A program made the position numbers and the translations under genes. The notes beneath the pieces were generated by a model. It had not been told where the DNA came from. It searched no databases and saw only the letters and a list, made by a program, of their open reading frames with translations. Source: Selaginella moellendorffii (taxonomy: Eukaryota; Plantae; Lycopodiophyta). Taken from it: a stretch of DNA of 64,000 nt. The DNA is taken from NCBI RefSeq assembly GCF_000143415.4, contig NW_003314316.1, positions 194,048 to 258,047 of the forward strand, read 5' to 3'. This document shows, in pieces, positions 1 through 11,873 of the stretch. Numbering within the stretch: the first letter of the stretch is position 1; each line of letters opens with the position of its first letter.

Positions 1-226
1 TCTAGGGCTCTTCCAAGAACAATAATGGCCACTCGTTACTGATTCCTACAAATCTATTGGGGAATTCCCATTGGCCCACGTCATTCGTATTCTTGTGGCC
101 CTGTGTGGAGCAGTACATCTGCGTGGCCACTTTCCATATCGGGCTTTTAGCCAATCCGCCTGTTTTAGAAAGTCAGCATATTCGTTTTGCGCATTCATTT
201 TGCCGGGAATATGCCCTGGCGCAGGA

Positions 227-1436
227 ATGGCGATGGCGAGAAGAATGGGCGCTTCCCTTGCGCGGCGCGGCGTCGCCGGCGGCCGGGTTTTGCTCGCGAG
301 GAGGAGCTCTTCCGGATGCGCCTTGGCTGCCGCTAGCGATTTCGATGAGTATCGGCGGTCGATCAACGGCGGGATCAGCCACAAGGCGCTTCTTGTGGAT
401 GCGGCGGGCACGCTCTTGATCCCGGCACAGCCGGCTGCTCAGGTATGGCCGCGGCGCCTCCTTCCCTCCTCTTCTTGATCCTTCCTGGCGAATATTTCAA
501 CCCTTTTCTCGAAGATTTCGTCTCGCATTTTGATCTGATCGAGTTTCGTGCCAAGGTCTACCGCGAGATCGGGAAGAAATATGGCGTGACGTACACGGAG
601 CAAGAAATTCTGGCCCGGTATCGATGGGCATACTCGCAGCCGTGGTACCAGTCGCGATTGAGGTGACTCTTCTTCCCTTTCTTCTCTTTGTCTAGAAGAT
701 TGATCGAAGCTCTCAAACAAATGTTTCGATCTAGATATGTCCGAGACGCGCGGCCTTTCTGGGAGTACATCGTACAGCACGCCTCTGGGTGTTCGAGCAA
801 AGAATATTTCGAGGAGCTGTATCATTACTACGAAACACCTGAGGTATGATCACGCACAGTGTTTTCTCCTTTCAAGAAAGCTTTGTTTAATCTATCCTCT
901 TCCTTTTGATGATGCGTGACAGGCCTGGTATGTCTCCGACCCAGATGCTGGTATGGTCTTTCAAGCTCTCAAAGACGCGGGTGTCAAGATCGCCGTCGTC
1001 TCAAACTTTGATACCAGGCTGAGGCCGCTGATGAACTCGCTGGGATGTGATCACTGGTTTGATGCCATGGCGATATCCGCGGAGGTGTGTTGTTTTCTTG
1101 TCTCTTCATCTGACTTGGTTTGTTTGTTTTTTTTTTCTTTTTCTTTCTAGGTGGAAGCCGAGAAGCCAAACCCGACAATTTTCTTGCATGCGTGTGAATT
1201 GGTGGGAGTCAAACCGGAAGACGCTGTGCACGTTGGAGATGACCGACGCAATGATATCTGGGGTGCCAGGGATGCAGGCTGCGACGCTTGGCTCTGGGGT
1301 GGAGATGTTCAATCGTTTCGTGATGTAAGCTTTCTTGTCTGTTTTTTTCCTCGTATTATCTAGCTTCACACTTACAAAATCATAACAGGTTGCAACTAGA
1401 ATGGGAGTCAATCTTCCCCAGGCGAAGGCGAGGTAA
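227..1436 (+). CDS. HAD-superfamily hydrolase (HDHD3/REG-2-like), organelle presequence, 6 exons
   Basis: Exons approx 227-442, 556-662, 735-843, 923-1084, 1151-1324, 1389-1436 with GT-AG introns. Motifs: LLVDAAGTL (I), VVSNFD (II), EKPNPTIF (III), HVGDDRRNDIWGARDAG (IV). Arg/Ala-rich N-terminus. Confidence 0.9.
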
Positions 1437-2762
1437 AGTGTAAGGCGAGCTCCAAGTGAAAGAAAAGTACAGTCGCCTCTTGTATAGTTTCCCGGCTTTT
1501 GATACAGAGTTTCGCTGTAAAGCATACTAATGTGTGGACTGCTTGCAGCTGAGAACTGCATTGTAATTTTGCTTCTTATAATGACGCGAGATTGGACTGC
1601 CATCTCTATCAGCTCAGCGTAAATCTCGTTTCTTTTCCCAATGTTTCTTTAGCAGCAGGGCAGCGCAAAGAGAATCAAGCTGGCAACAGGTCCTAGAGCA
1701 AAAGAGCCTGTTGGTACGCACTGCCATCTATTTTCTGAGTTTCAACGTTATACTAAGCTATACTACAGGGAGATGGAAAGGCCAGCCAGCGAGAAACGCT
1801 CAAAGCCCGTCCAGGAAAAAGGCGATTTGCTTTGTCGTCAGTGCCGACTAAAGCAGCATTTGTTTTGTGTGGACTCTTCATCAAAGTTAAAGGTAGCACA
1901 GCAATGAAACCGAGAGCACGACGAGACACAACTACCTTAAAATCGGGTACGACATTCGGGCACCATTGTTTTCTAACACCTTTTCTAACACCAACTTTGT
2001 GTTGCTGGAGCTAAGTTGTCTTAGTCACGCGCAGGGACCCAATGGCAAGCAATTTGATAAACAAGCCGACGCCTCGTCTTCTCCAGCTCGCTGTATTGTG
2101 AAAGCTCCGGCCTTTGTTTGCGAGGTGGCCGACCCATGCGAGCGCCGACGGAGCAATCAGGTGAGACCGATGAATCCCACACATTTTGATTTCCTCTCAG
2201 AGCCATTTTCTTTGCTTTGCAGGTGACTCTTTGTTTCCCGTGCGCAGGGAATGAATATCGATTTCCTGGGATAGCAAAAGCCTCGGAATGATAGCTGTTG
2301 CTTCGTACGCACGAGAGTATGTCTGGCCAGACTTCACGTGTGCGACACAAGGTCCTCTCGTTGTGCTTCTCCCATGATCATGACTCGTTTTTCTTCTTGT
2401 TTTCCAGCCCTCTTGCGCGTTGGCTTAATGCTTGCTTGGTTGCTTCCACAGTACAAGGAGCGTATGCAAAGATGGCGGTAGACGCATCCGGAATCTCGAG
2501 AGAGTATCTGTGCATGGCAAGTGTTTGTTTTCTTTCTTCTCCGGATTGTAATAACACACTTTATCTCCGATAGTATGTACAGAGTTGCCGCATACGTCAC
2601 TTGACGACAGTGAAGGAAAGCCTCATGTCTCAGTATAAAAGGCCAGGTTTGTTCTGGATTTTATTCATTCGTTCTTTCCTTCTTCGGAGTGTTCTGAGTG
2701 TGTTTGTGTGGTCCTCTCACAACACAAGCTCTATCCATCTTCTCCAAACTTGCAGAGTGATC

Positions 2763-3298
2763 ATGAGTGCCAATCTCGTTCTTCTTATCCTGGCAATGCT
2801 GCTTCTCTCGTTCCTGGGAGACAGTGCTCGTCTCTTGCCCACTGCTGAAGGTAGTCTAGTTGGTATTTTGTTTGAAAATCCAAGCTCACTCGTGGTGTGT
2901 CTCGCTTGCAGGAAATGGGAATGGCATTGCAGCAGCGGTGGAAGAACCGGGAATGCATGAGCAAGAGGTAGGAGAGTGCACAAGAAGAGAGAGAGAGAGT
3001 GTGTGTATTTTGAGTTCTCATGAATTCCTAGAGTTTTAATTGACATTTGTGTTCTGGACAGATATATCCTCGAAAGCTCTGGGCAAGGTTAGACTATCCA
3101 AGCCCTGGAACTCATCCAGGCAATCCTCATGAACATCAACTTGAAGAAAATGTGGATTACTATCCTCCTCGCAACCACAACGACTCACCGCCGGCCCACA
3201 AACACATCCCTAGCAATGAGGATCGTCCCGAGCGGCACTTGGTAGATGCATTAGACTATGTCCCTGCTCGCACCCACACACCATCGCCAGTGCACTAA
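2763..3298 (+). CDS. Secreted small signalling-peptide precursor (~126 aa) with three DY-initiated modules (RGF/GLV/CLEL- or PSY-like)
   Basis: Exons 2763-2850, 2912-2967, 3062-3298 splice in frame. Signal peptide MSANLVLLILAMLLLSFLGDSARLL, acidic spacer, RKL motif, then DYPSPGTHPGNPH, DYYPPRNHNDSPPAH and C-terminal DYVPARTHTPSPVH*. Confidence 0.8.
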
Positions 3299-4940
3299 GC
3301 AAGCAGAGCTCTTGCTCTACAAACAGGTCCACGTCCTTTGAATCCACATAAAAATGCTGACAAAAAAAAAGAGAGGTAAATCCGAGTGTGAGCTTCGTCT
3401 CCTCCCACGATCGTCTCGCATTCGGTGTAAATCAGCTAGAGAAGAAGATCAGGTAGGAGAGTTACAAGTAACACAGCGTGAGCAATAAACTTTGGTTTTG
3501 GATTAAATTGAGTGAGATTTGATTGTTTTTGTCAGCATCATGTCTTGGGTGATTTTATTCTGATGCAGCGCGCGCTTTGAAACATCACGCTCGAGCAAAC
3601 AGCTGTAACTTACAAACCGCATCCCAAATCTGTACGCACAGATTGAGTTTCTGTTGATCTGATTGGAATAAGCCTGGCATGCTATAAGTTGGGAAGAGAG
3701 AAACTCCAAAACAAAAGACATATGCAGAGTTCTTGCTCCTGACGGATTCTAGCTTCCATTTCCCTTCCAATCATCCAAAGTGTTGTTTTTTTCTCTTGAA
3801 ACCATAGCACCAAATCTGCAAGATCTCCTTCCAAATGCCCATGAAAAAAATATTGGGCCTTTCTTGGAGGTGATGGTCGCGTTACTACGACTTCCTCCAC
3901 CTTTTGTATTTTCCCGTGTCAGGCAATAGCGAAGATTTGGTTGTACTTATCCTCGTTACAACACGAGGAACCCATGATTGACAGCAACTTGCAAACTCAT
4001 TGGCACACTCAGCTCATCCGCGGCCAGGCCCCGCTCCTTGTTTGGAATTTCTAAGTTTCTAGTGGAGGGAAGCGTGTGATAACGCCATGATTCATCCACA
4101 GAGAGCAAAGAAATATATATGGCCATTCTCGCCGAAGTGCTCGGTGGGGGCCTGGCTTTCTCTGGGCATGGACGAGTGAGTAGTCATCTCCAACATATAG
4201 ATGGCAAAGAGGTTAGAAGAGAAAAAAGAAGCAAACAGTACCGCAAACAAGCTTTCTATGCGTTGTTTGTAACAGTAAGCAATTGACCTTTGCTCCTGAA
4301 GCTTTGAAACTGATTTGAAAGAGTCGCGTCTCGTCGCGTCATTCATTCGCTCCACATTGCACCGGTGTCAGCTTTGTTCTTCTCTCCCTGCACAAAAAAT
4401 CTGATGATTCAGAGAACAAAGTGGCTTGCTATATTATCACAGCCATCATACCCAGCCGGAAGTGAGCCTCGAATATCATCCCCTCCCAATCCTAGTGACA
4501 TCCATGCTCCAGATTCACCACGCTCCAAAAGCGATAAAGCAGCAAGCCACCACGCGACGCTTCTCCTCCTAATCCTCCTCCGCCTGCGTGACACTTCTTA
4601 GCCTTAGCATGTAGTTCAAAGCTAAGAAAGAACAAAAGAGTTTCACTTACACTCGTCACTTCGCATGCACCTGACCTGTCCATTCTAAATCTTGAAATCT
4701 TTTTATATTTACCCCATTGACCACACACACTCCCTGTGCATGAATCTCATAAGCGAGCGAGTCAATGGTATCTACACACAGTGAACGCCTCACCTGTAAA
4801 CAGGAGACCGCCTTGTTGAGAAAACAAAGAAAGAAAATCGCCTAAAAAGAAACGAGGAATGTTGCTCTTACTTTGACGCCTTTTACCGTAGAAAACGTCG
4901 ACAAGTCAGATCGCTCATGACGCAGAATAAGCCGCCCCAG

Positions 4941-6721
4941 CTACAGCTGTGCCTTGTCATCGGGCGGCCTTTCATCTTTGTAGCTGAACAGGAGGGGGGC
5001 TTCCGACTTTGACAAGGCTGTCAGGATTGCGCTAGAGAGAAGACAAGGCACCAAATACAGCAGAGCGGGCTGGGCTGCACCAGAGACAGAGTTCGCCACT
5101 GCACACAAAGAAAGAGCACTTGTTTTGTAGCACAGACCAGGCCAGACCATAACACTTACCAACCGTGAGAGTCAGTCCAGCTACGTAAGCAATAACTGAG
5201 TTTGAAAAGTATGTCTTTTGTGGTGCTGTCGGGATTGTATTGTTCTGGAACCCGGCACACCTGGCTTGGTCGAACCGGAGCATAAGAGCTATAAGCAACC
5301 CTGGAGCAGCGATGTCACCCAGGCCCAGGATCGATTCAGGGTGTGCAACTTCCGCCTGGAATCATCTTTAACAAGAACAGATTAACGAACCGACTAGTTT
5401 TCATACCTTCCAGCTTGGAAACACGAGTTTAACAGGCCCATCAAAAGCTGACGAGGTCGCCACCTGATCCAGACTAAATTCAAGTTAAAACTCTTTTCTT
5501 GCAGAAATCTCGTTTAGAAAACGTACCGTGACCATCACATTGTCACCAAAAATTTGAGAAGAACCAAAAACCCAAAAAACGTCATAGAACAGCAGCCCGC
5601 AAAGCATCACGGCAGCGGTACTGAAGCTGCGAGGAAACACCCCAGAGGTTCAGGAACACAGATTAAAAAATGTAGAACTGCTAGTCACCTTCCAACAGAA
5701 AGAAGTTGCAAGAGCTCGGTCACAATACATACTGCCATAAGATTGTTGAATGTGAAAGGTGCTCCGGGTTGCTTGCTGGCGTAAGCGACTCCAATTCCAG
5801 CTGCAAGAATTGTTCTAAGAACACAGCCAATAACTCGTGGAAAAAACTCATGGCCATACCAAGCAATGCAATAATGTCGGCCGCAGTGACGGTAAGGCAG
5901 ACAGGTTTTCCTTTGTCCGAAGCAAGCCAAGATGGCACGTCTAGACAACAAAAGAATTATCAGCACAAAAAAATGTAAAAAAAAAACAAAACAAAATAAA
6001 GCACTTACTGATTCGGACTGGAAGTGAATCCAGACGCGGGAAGAGCAACTTGAGAGGATTGGTTAAGTTATTTGCCACGGCAAAAGCTCCAGCGCAGCTT
6101 AGATAGATCGAGATGAACGTACGTAGATCGAGCTCCGGGAAGAACCTCAAGAGGCAGTAAAAACCAAAGAGTGATATGGAGCACAACACAGGCGCGGCGA
6201 GGCCTTGCTTGAAAGAAACCTGTTGCGTTTGCTGCCTCGCTAAACTAAGAAGGAAACAATGCAATGCACCCCTTTAGAATAAAAGAGGATGAAAAGGGAG
6301 CAAAGAAATACAGACCTTCGGTGGCTTCCAACGTAGACTGTCCACAGCGACAGGGAAGTAAAATAGATCGCGGCCGACCACTCGAATCGAGGCAACAATG
6401 GCACAACTGGGACTGCAACGAGCAAAGCTCCATAGGCAGCCTACACGCAAACAAGAACGATAATCTCCTTAGAAAAAAGAACCTACAATCGGAGACACTG
6501 CTCAGTCTTACCAGCTCTTTCGTAGTCCTCCCCCATTGCCATCCCCTCAGCTCCAGCACGTCGCCATTGCCATCGCTAGTCGCCGCGCACACGAATCTCA
6601 CCCCGCGTCGCTGGAATTGCCGAAGAATGTAACGCCGCTCGCGCTCCAGCCGAGCACCTCCGCTGGCTGCGACAGGGGAAGACGAGGTCGAGAAGAGCGC
6701 CAAGCTCAATGGCAACACCAT
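4941..6721 (-). CDS. Signal peptide peptidase-like GxGD intramembrane aspartyl protease (peptidase A22B), multi-exon
   Basis: LFYDVFWVFGS (~5560-5592), ILGLGDIAAPG (~5300-5332) and QPALLYLVP (~5050-5076) in successive minus-strand exons; stop at 4941-4943. Confidence 0.9.
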
Positions 6722-7946
6722 AGCTGTTGACCTAAAATGATAACACTAAACTTTAAGTTCTGTTAATTTGCTGCTGTTTTTTTTTTTTTTAATGCAAGTT
6801 TTGGAGTGATATGGTATGTATTAGTAATAAATAAGCATAAATAATTAGAGAAAATTTTAACTGTGTTACTAAAAAGTTATAAAATTCATGAATAAAATAT
6901 CTAAAATAAATGAAGAAACATATGTTTGAAATATGCAAGGATTTTTTGTTATCATAGCACATAAATATTTATTTAGAAAAACAGAAAATAGCAAAAAGTC
7001 ACAACCAACAGATTAAGAATATCCTAAAATATGTGGATATTCTAAGTACACCATATATATAGCTTAATATAATCCACTACTATAATCAGAAGGGGCTAGT
7101 ATTTTAAGAGCAATTTTATTTTTGCACTAACTGCCACTATATTCTATAGTTCTATAGCTAATACTCTAATTGTGTTTTTGTTAATATTGTTATTAGTCCC
7201 ATATATCTTATTTTTCCATATTATAATTTACTTTTTGTTAAAATTAAGATTACCATAATTGCAAGCCCCCAGGCTGGGTTATTTCACCTTCAGATCAAAG
7301 TTTTATGTCCATTGAATCCATAGAGTCCAATTAAAATACATATTTTGCAGCAAGACAACTTAGGTATCACTCTAAAATTCCCATTGATACACACTACTAT
7401 CTGTTTTCTGAGTATCAAGATTATACTAAGCAATACTATAGCAAGCACAAAGCCTACTCCAGAAAAGGCAATTGACTTTATCATCAATATAAAATATCAT
7501 TTGTTTTGTTTTGTGTGGCAAAGTTAATAACATATAACATAAAACCAAAGAATAAGATACAACTAAACTAGGTAGGCGTTAAAATCAAGTTTTACACTCA
7601 AAGACCTTCTTTTTCTTTAATAATTGATTTGGACTAGGAGTGAATCTAGATTTATACATGTTTTACATTAACATGTATAAATTGAAGGAAGAATCTCAAG
7701 AGGAAGTAAAAACTAGAAAGTGATATAAAAAATACTTTTAGTGGCTTTTTTTTCCTAGTAGAGAGAGAGAGCTTTGTCCTTTGTCATATATGAATTAGGT
7801 GTAATGGAAAAAAGTTAAAGATTTAGCTTTATTAATTTTAATTTATAAGAGAGAAAGTATATAATAAATAATTTGCTACTATAAGTACTGGGAATAGGTA
7901 TATTAATTGGGATTTAAACCCTTACTATTAGTGTATTACCTAACAA

Positions 7947-7948
<2 letters not shown>

Positions 7949-8014
<66 letters not shown>
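7949..8014. repeat. (AT)33 microsatellite
   Basis: Perfect AT dinucleotide run. Confidence 0.98.
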
Positions 8015-8016
<2 letters not shown>

Positions 8017-8299
8017 GTGTGTGTGATTTTCAAGAAATGCCTTATATATTTTTTGGTTTTCAGTGGAAATAATAACAATGATAAATATAACAGTATATAT
8101 GCTCTCGTGACACATTACAACATCACATACTTATAAAATATTTTGTAAAGTGGTAAAGATAAAAATGGAAACACACAAGTACTATGGGTAATATTATAAA
8201 AAGAACATGTGGAAGTATATGAAATGAAAAGTGAAATGAAAACATGTTTATTTATTAATTTTATAAAATATATAAATTTATATTATTGATAGAGAATAA

Positions 8300-9700
8300 A
8301 CATCAATAATCTTGGCAAATCTAGTTAGCTCTGAAAGTCTTCTATAATTTAGCAATAATAAAGCTTTCTTGGTGTATATAAATGTCCACTTTAGGATTTT
8401 GGTATGAGGTGTTGATAAAGATGTAATATATATGCTTGCAAGGAGCATATACCTTCTCATGTTCTTTGTGCTTTGTAAACTCTAAATATATGTAAAAAGG
8501 AAAGTCTTGAATGACAATTGTGTACTTTCCACCTTTTATTGACTATATACTCCTTTGCAAACACAATGATGTACTTCATAAAAAGAATCTTATATTCAAG
8601 CATTTGAGCTAAACTTATTTTACTTTGCTTTTACTTAAAGATAGTACCAATAAATTTAATGGCTTTACCTTTTCTTGCTAGCCTCTTGTGCATCTCTGTG
8701 AGAATAATTCACTCATGTCTCTAACTCTCTTCTCAAGATTAAAACCAAATTTCTCAAAGTTTTCAATTTCATTTGAGGTGAGTGCAACTCCATTAGTAAT
8801 AGCCATTTTTTAGGTACTACATTAGCTAGCTTCTTCCACAGGTAGTAACTTTGCTGAGAGGTTAGCAACTAGAACTTTGACAACAACCGCAATTACTATA
8901 GTGTGGAAAGTTGCAATAGTGGTGGCTTACTAGCATTAGAACCAATTAGGCCATCTAATTAGGCTGCCTATTGCATGCTTTAAGTCAATACCTTTGTCAC
9001 ATCTTCAAATTTAGTCACTATAATGTCTTCAAGATGCTTTGTTTAGTTGGCATTGGTGTTGCAACAATACAGCCATTACCATCTCGGAAATTCTACTTGC
9101 TTTTGTTCCCCATAAAAACATGGGGCTAGAACAAAAACACACTTATCACCATAAATCTAAACTTAACATTTGCCCCTTGAAAACATCTTTACACATCTTA
9201 TATTGGACTACATTTGGCATATTACCCATTACCTTGTCTCTTGCTACAGTAAATGATTTTAACTTATTGTGATGCACTCTCTTCATCAGCCACTTGAAGT
9301 GGCTTCATCTGGAGGCAGTGTCTAGGAGTAAAATGGTACTCAATATTAAGCTTGTGAGAGCTTTTTACTCCAATGTCCATACCAACATCTTCACTAATAA
9401 AGGAAAAATGATGCTTTAAGTGGACAATCTTCATATCACCAATAAAAGCTCAAGGAGTGTACTCCATAGATGTGTTGTGGACCACTTCCTCAAGTACAAT
9501 TGCCACTAATCGGGAGGGTGGAGTTAATTTTCTCTTCATCCTATCATATAACATCTTAACATAAGGCTTTATTTTCATGTATCTTCCTTTCTCGAATGCC
9601 AATGCTTTTAAAGATTATTTTATAGTGCATATCAAATCTAATAAACACATTTATATACAAACTTTTAAGGAGCTCAAGGAGAACATAAAAACCATGATGA
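8300..9700 (-). mobile_element. Decayed SWIM zinc-finger-containing (MULE-like) transposon remnant
   Basis: Minus-strand reading ~8370-8530 gives YTIVIQDFP...EFTKHKEHEKVYAPCKHIYYIF...VDIYIHQ, resembling the CKH end of a SWIM finger. Many stops; extent approximate. Confidence 0.4.
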
Positions 9701-11227
9701 TTATAACTTTTCTTAGTAGTTTATATACTTGGTTTTAATCTTGGGAATAAGGTTTACATTGATAATATTTAAATTCTTGAAATATCAGTCTTGGAAATGG
9801 GGCTTCATAATCATAGCTTAGTTATAAATATAAAAGCTTCTAGAATTTAAATTATTATATATACACATGCTCTATTGTTCTAATAAAAACCTACTTTGCT
9901 ATGTATATATTCATTTTTACATAGGCCAATTTTCTAAGGAAATAAATTGCAAGGAAATATAGACCATATTATAGTGGCAAAGCACACTAGCCCACTGCCA
10001 TTCTCTCATATGAGTTTACCTTTCAGTCTCGAAAATGTAGATAGAGTTGATTTTTTTATGTGATATTACTTTTAAGTTTTCAATAAATTTTGATTTCTTT
10101 TATTATTATTCCCAAACAACTCTCAAAAACTCTTATTAGGGATTCACCATATAAATTACAAATGTCATGGTTCTTAGTGCTTTCTGTTGTGTTATTCATT
10201 TTTTTATTTTTCTTGTTCTAGATTGTTATTTTAGAAATAATAAGAGCATTTCTATCAATAGTGACAATGGTCTTCACTTTCACATATGGGTAATAATGAT
10301 TAGGAGTGTAATATGGAAATTGTAGTAGTGAAACAAAATTAACATTCTCACATTCTTTTAATCTAAAGCTCTTACTCATAGATTTTTTATTTCCTTACTT
10401 CCCATATTCTCAAGAACCCTAGAAAAATCTTTTGAATGAAAGAATAGTATGTAATTATGTTGCAGATGTAAAACTAGTCAAAATATGAAGTAGTTAAATC
10501 AAAATATAACAATTCTAATAGTTACAGTAAAATAATATAGCTTTTTAATATGTAAGCCATAAATTTTCTTTTTCAATTTCCTACCTTACTCATCTATCTG
10601 ACCAACTTTTCTTTGGCATTAATTAAGTTCCCTTTCCAAGGTTCACACCTATTGTACCAGCTCCTACTTGGACATATTTAAATTCAACTACTCATTGCAT
10701 GAATAACAATCTTAGCCATCCATCTATAAATTCTTAAATTTTCTCTTAATCCCCCTCTTTGAGTTAAAATAGGTTTAAGATTTAGCTACACTCTCTACAA
10801 GCACAAGAAGCTAAACATACTAACCATCTAGGTTCCTAACATTCCTTGATATAACAAGATTTGATTATAAAACCCCCTAAATCCCAAGCCTTGGATGCAT
10901 CTTTTACTTTAGAACCCTAAGGGGAAAACACCATAGCATAATGGCTCAGTATAGATACTTTTACTCCCCCACCTTCATCCCAAAGGGAAACCCAAGCTTT
11001 TTAGAAAAGAGTGAGGACTAATGAGTTGTATAGTAATCAAATGAGGCACCACTTTATATAAGTTGAGAGCACCATTGTTAGTTTCCTTTTTGGGAGTGAG
11101 AGTTACTCTTGAGCACTTCCTTGGGAGGCTCTAACATCAACTTAATTTGGAAGCATCATTAGAAAATTCTTTTAAGACTAAGTCCTTAACCTCATAATCC
11201 TTACCATACTTTTAGACCCTCTGTAAG

Positions 11228-11873
11228 TGTAACATATGTGATTATCGGATGAGATTTAAATATACTATCACCATGAATTTTTGGAATCTTGAGGGATAAA
11301 TGGGGATAAAATAACTATTAAAGGCTTTTTTATTAAATAATTGCATTTTTTTCAGTTGATTTAAAGGAGAAAGATAGGGTGCACTATATGTGGTATCAAA
11401 GCAAATGGCATAAGTTCAATTCTCATTGATTAGTGGCTATTTAAAATATAATATACCTTTGAAAAAGATATATTCCTACCTCTAAATTTAAAATTGTATA
11501 TATTGGGCATCCAAGCGTATGTCCTTCCTCTTGTGAAGCATCCACAAATGAAGGTATCCACCATGGGACTGTGCTACAAGTAATTACCTAACATGGAATA
11601 ACTAGTCTAGATAATAGAAAGATTGATAGATTTAGTGTGGAAATGGAGGTGTTAGTATCCCTTAGGTCAGTAAGGGTTGTTAGTCAAGTTAATGAGGACA
11701 TGATATCTCTGAGCACATATGATCATCATGGGATGAAATTTAGATATAGTGTCATTATGAATCTTTAGAACCTTAGGGGATAAATAGGGATAAAATAGCC
11801 ACTAAAGGCTCTCTCATTAAGCAATTACCCTTTTTCCAATCGGCTTAAGTGGAGAGAAATAAGGTGTGCTATA
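11228..11873 (+). mobile_element. TRIM (terminal-repeat retrotransposon in miniature)
   Basis: Two ~160-bp direct repeats (11228-11388, 11710-11873). PBS TGGTATCAAAGC at 11391-11402 just after the first; ~320-bp non-coding interior. Flanks GTAAG/ATAAA fit a decayed 5-bp TSD. Confidence 0.7.

Noticed and set aside
3400-4750. Several 60-90 aa ORFs on both strands
   Set aside because: No consistent splice model or recognisable motif; may be UTR or a decayed gene.
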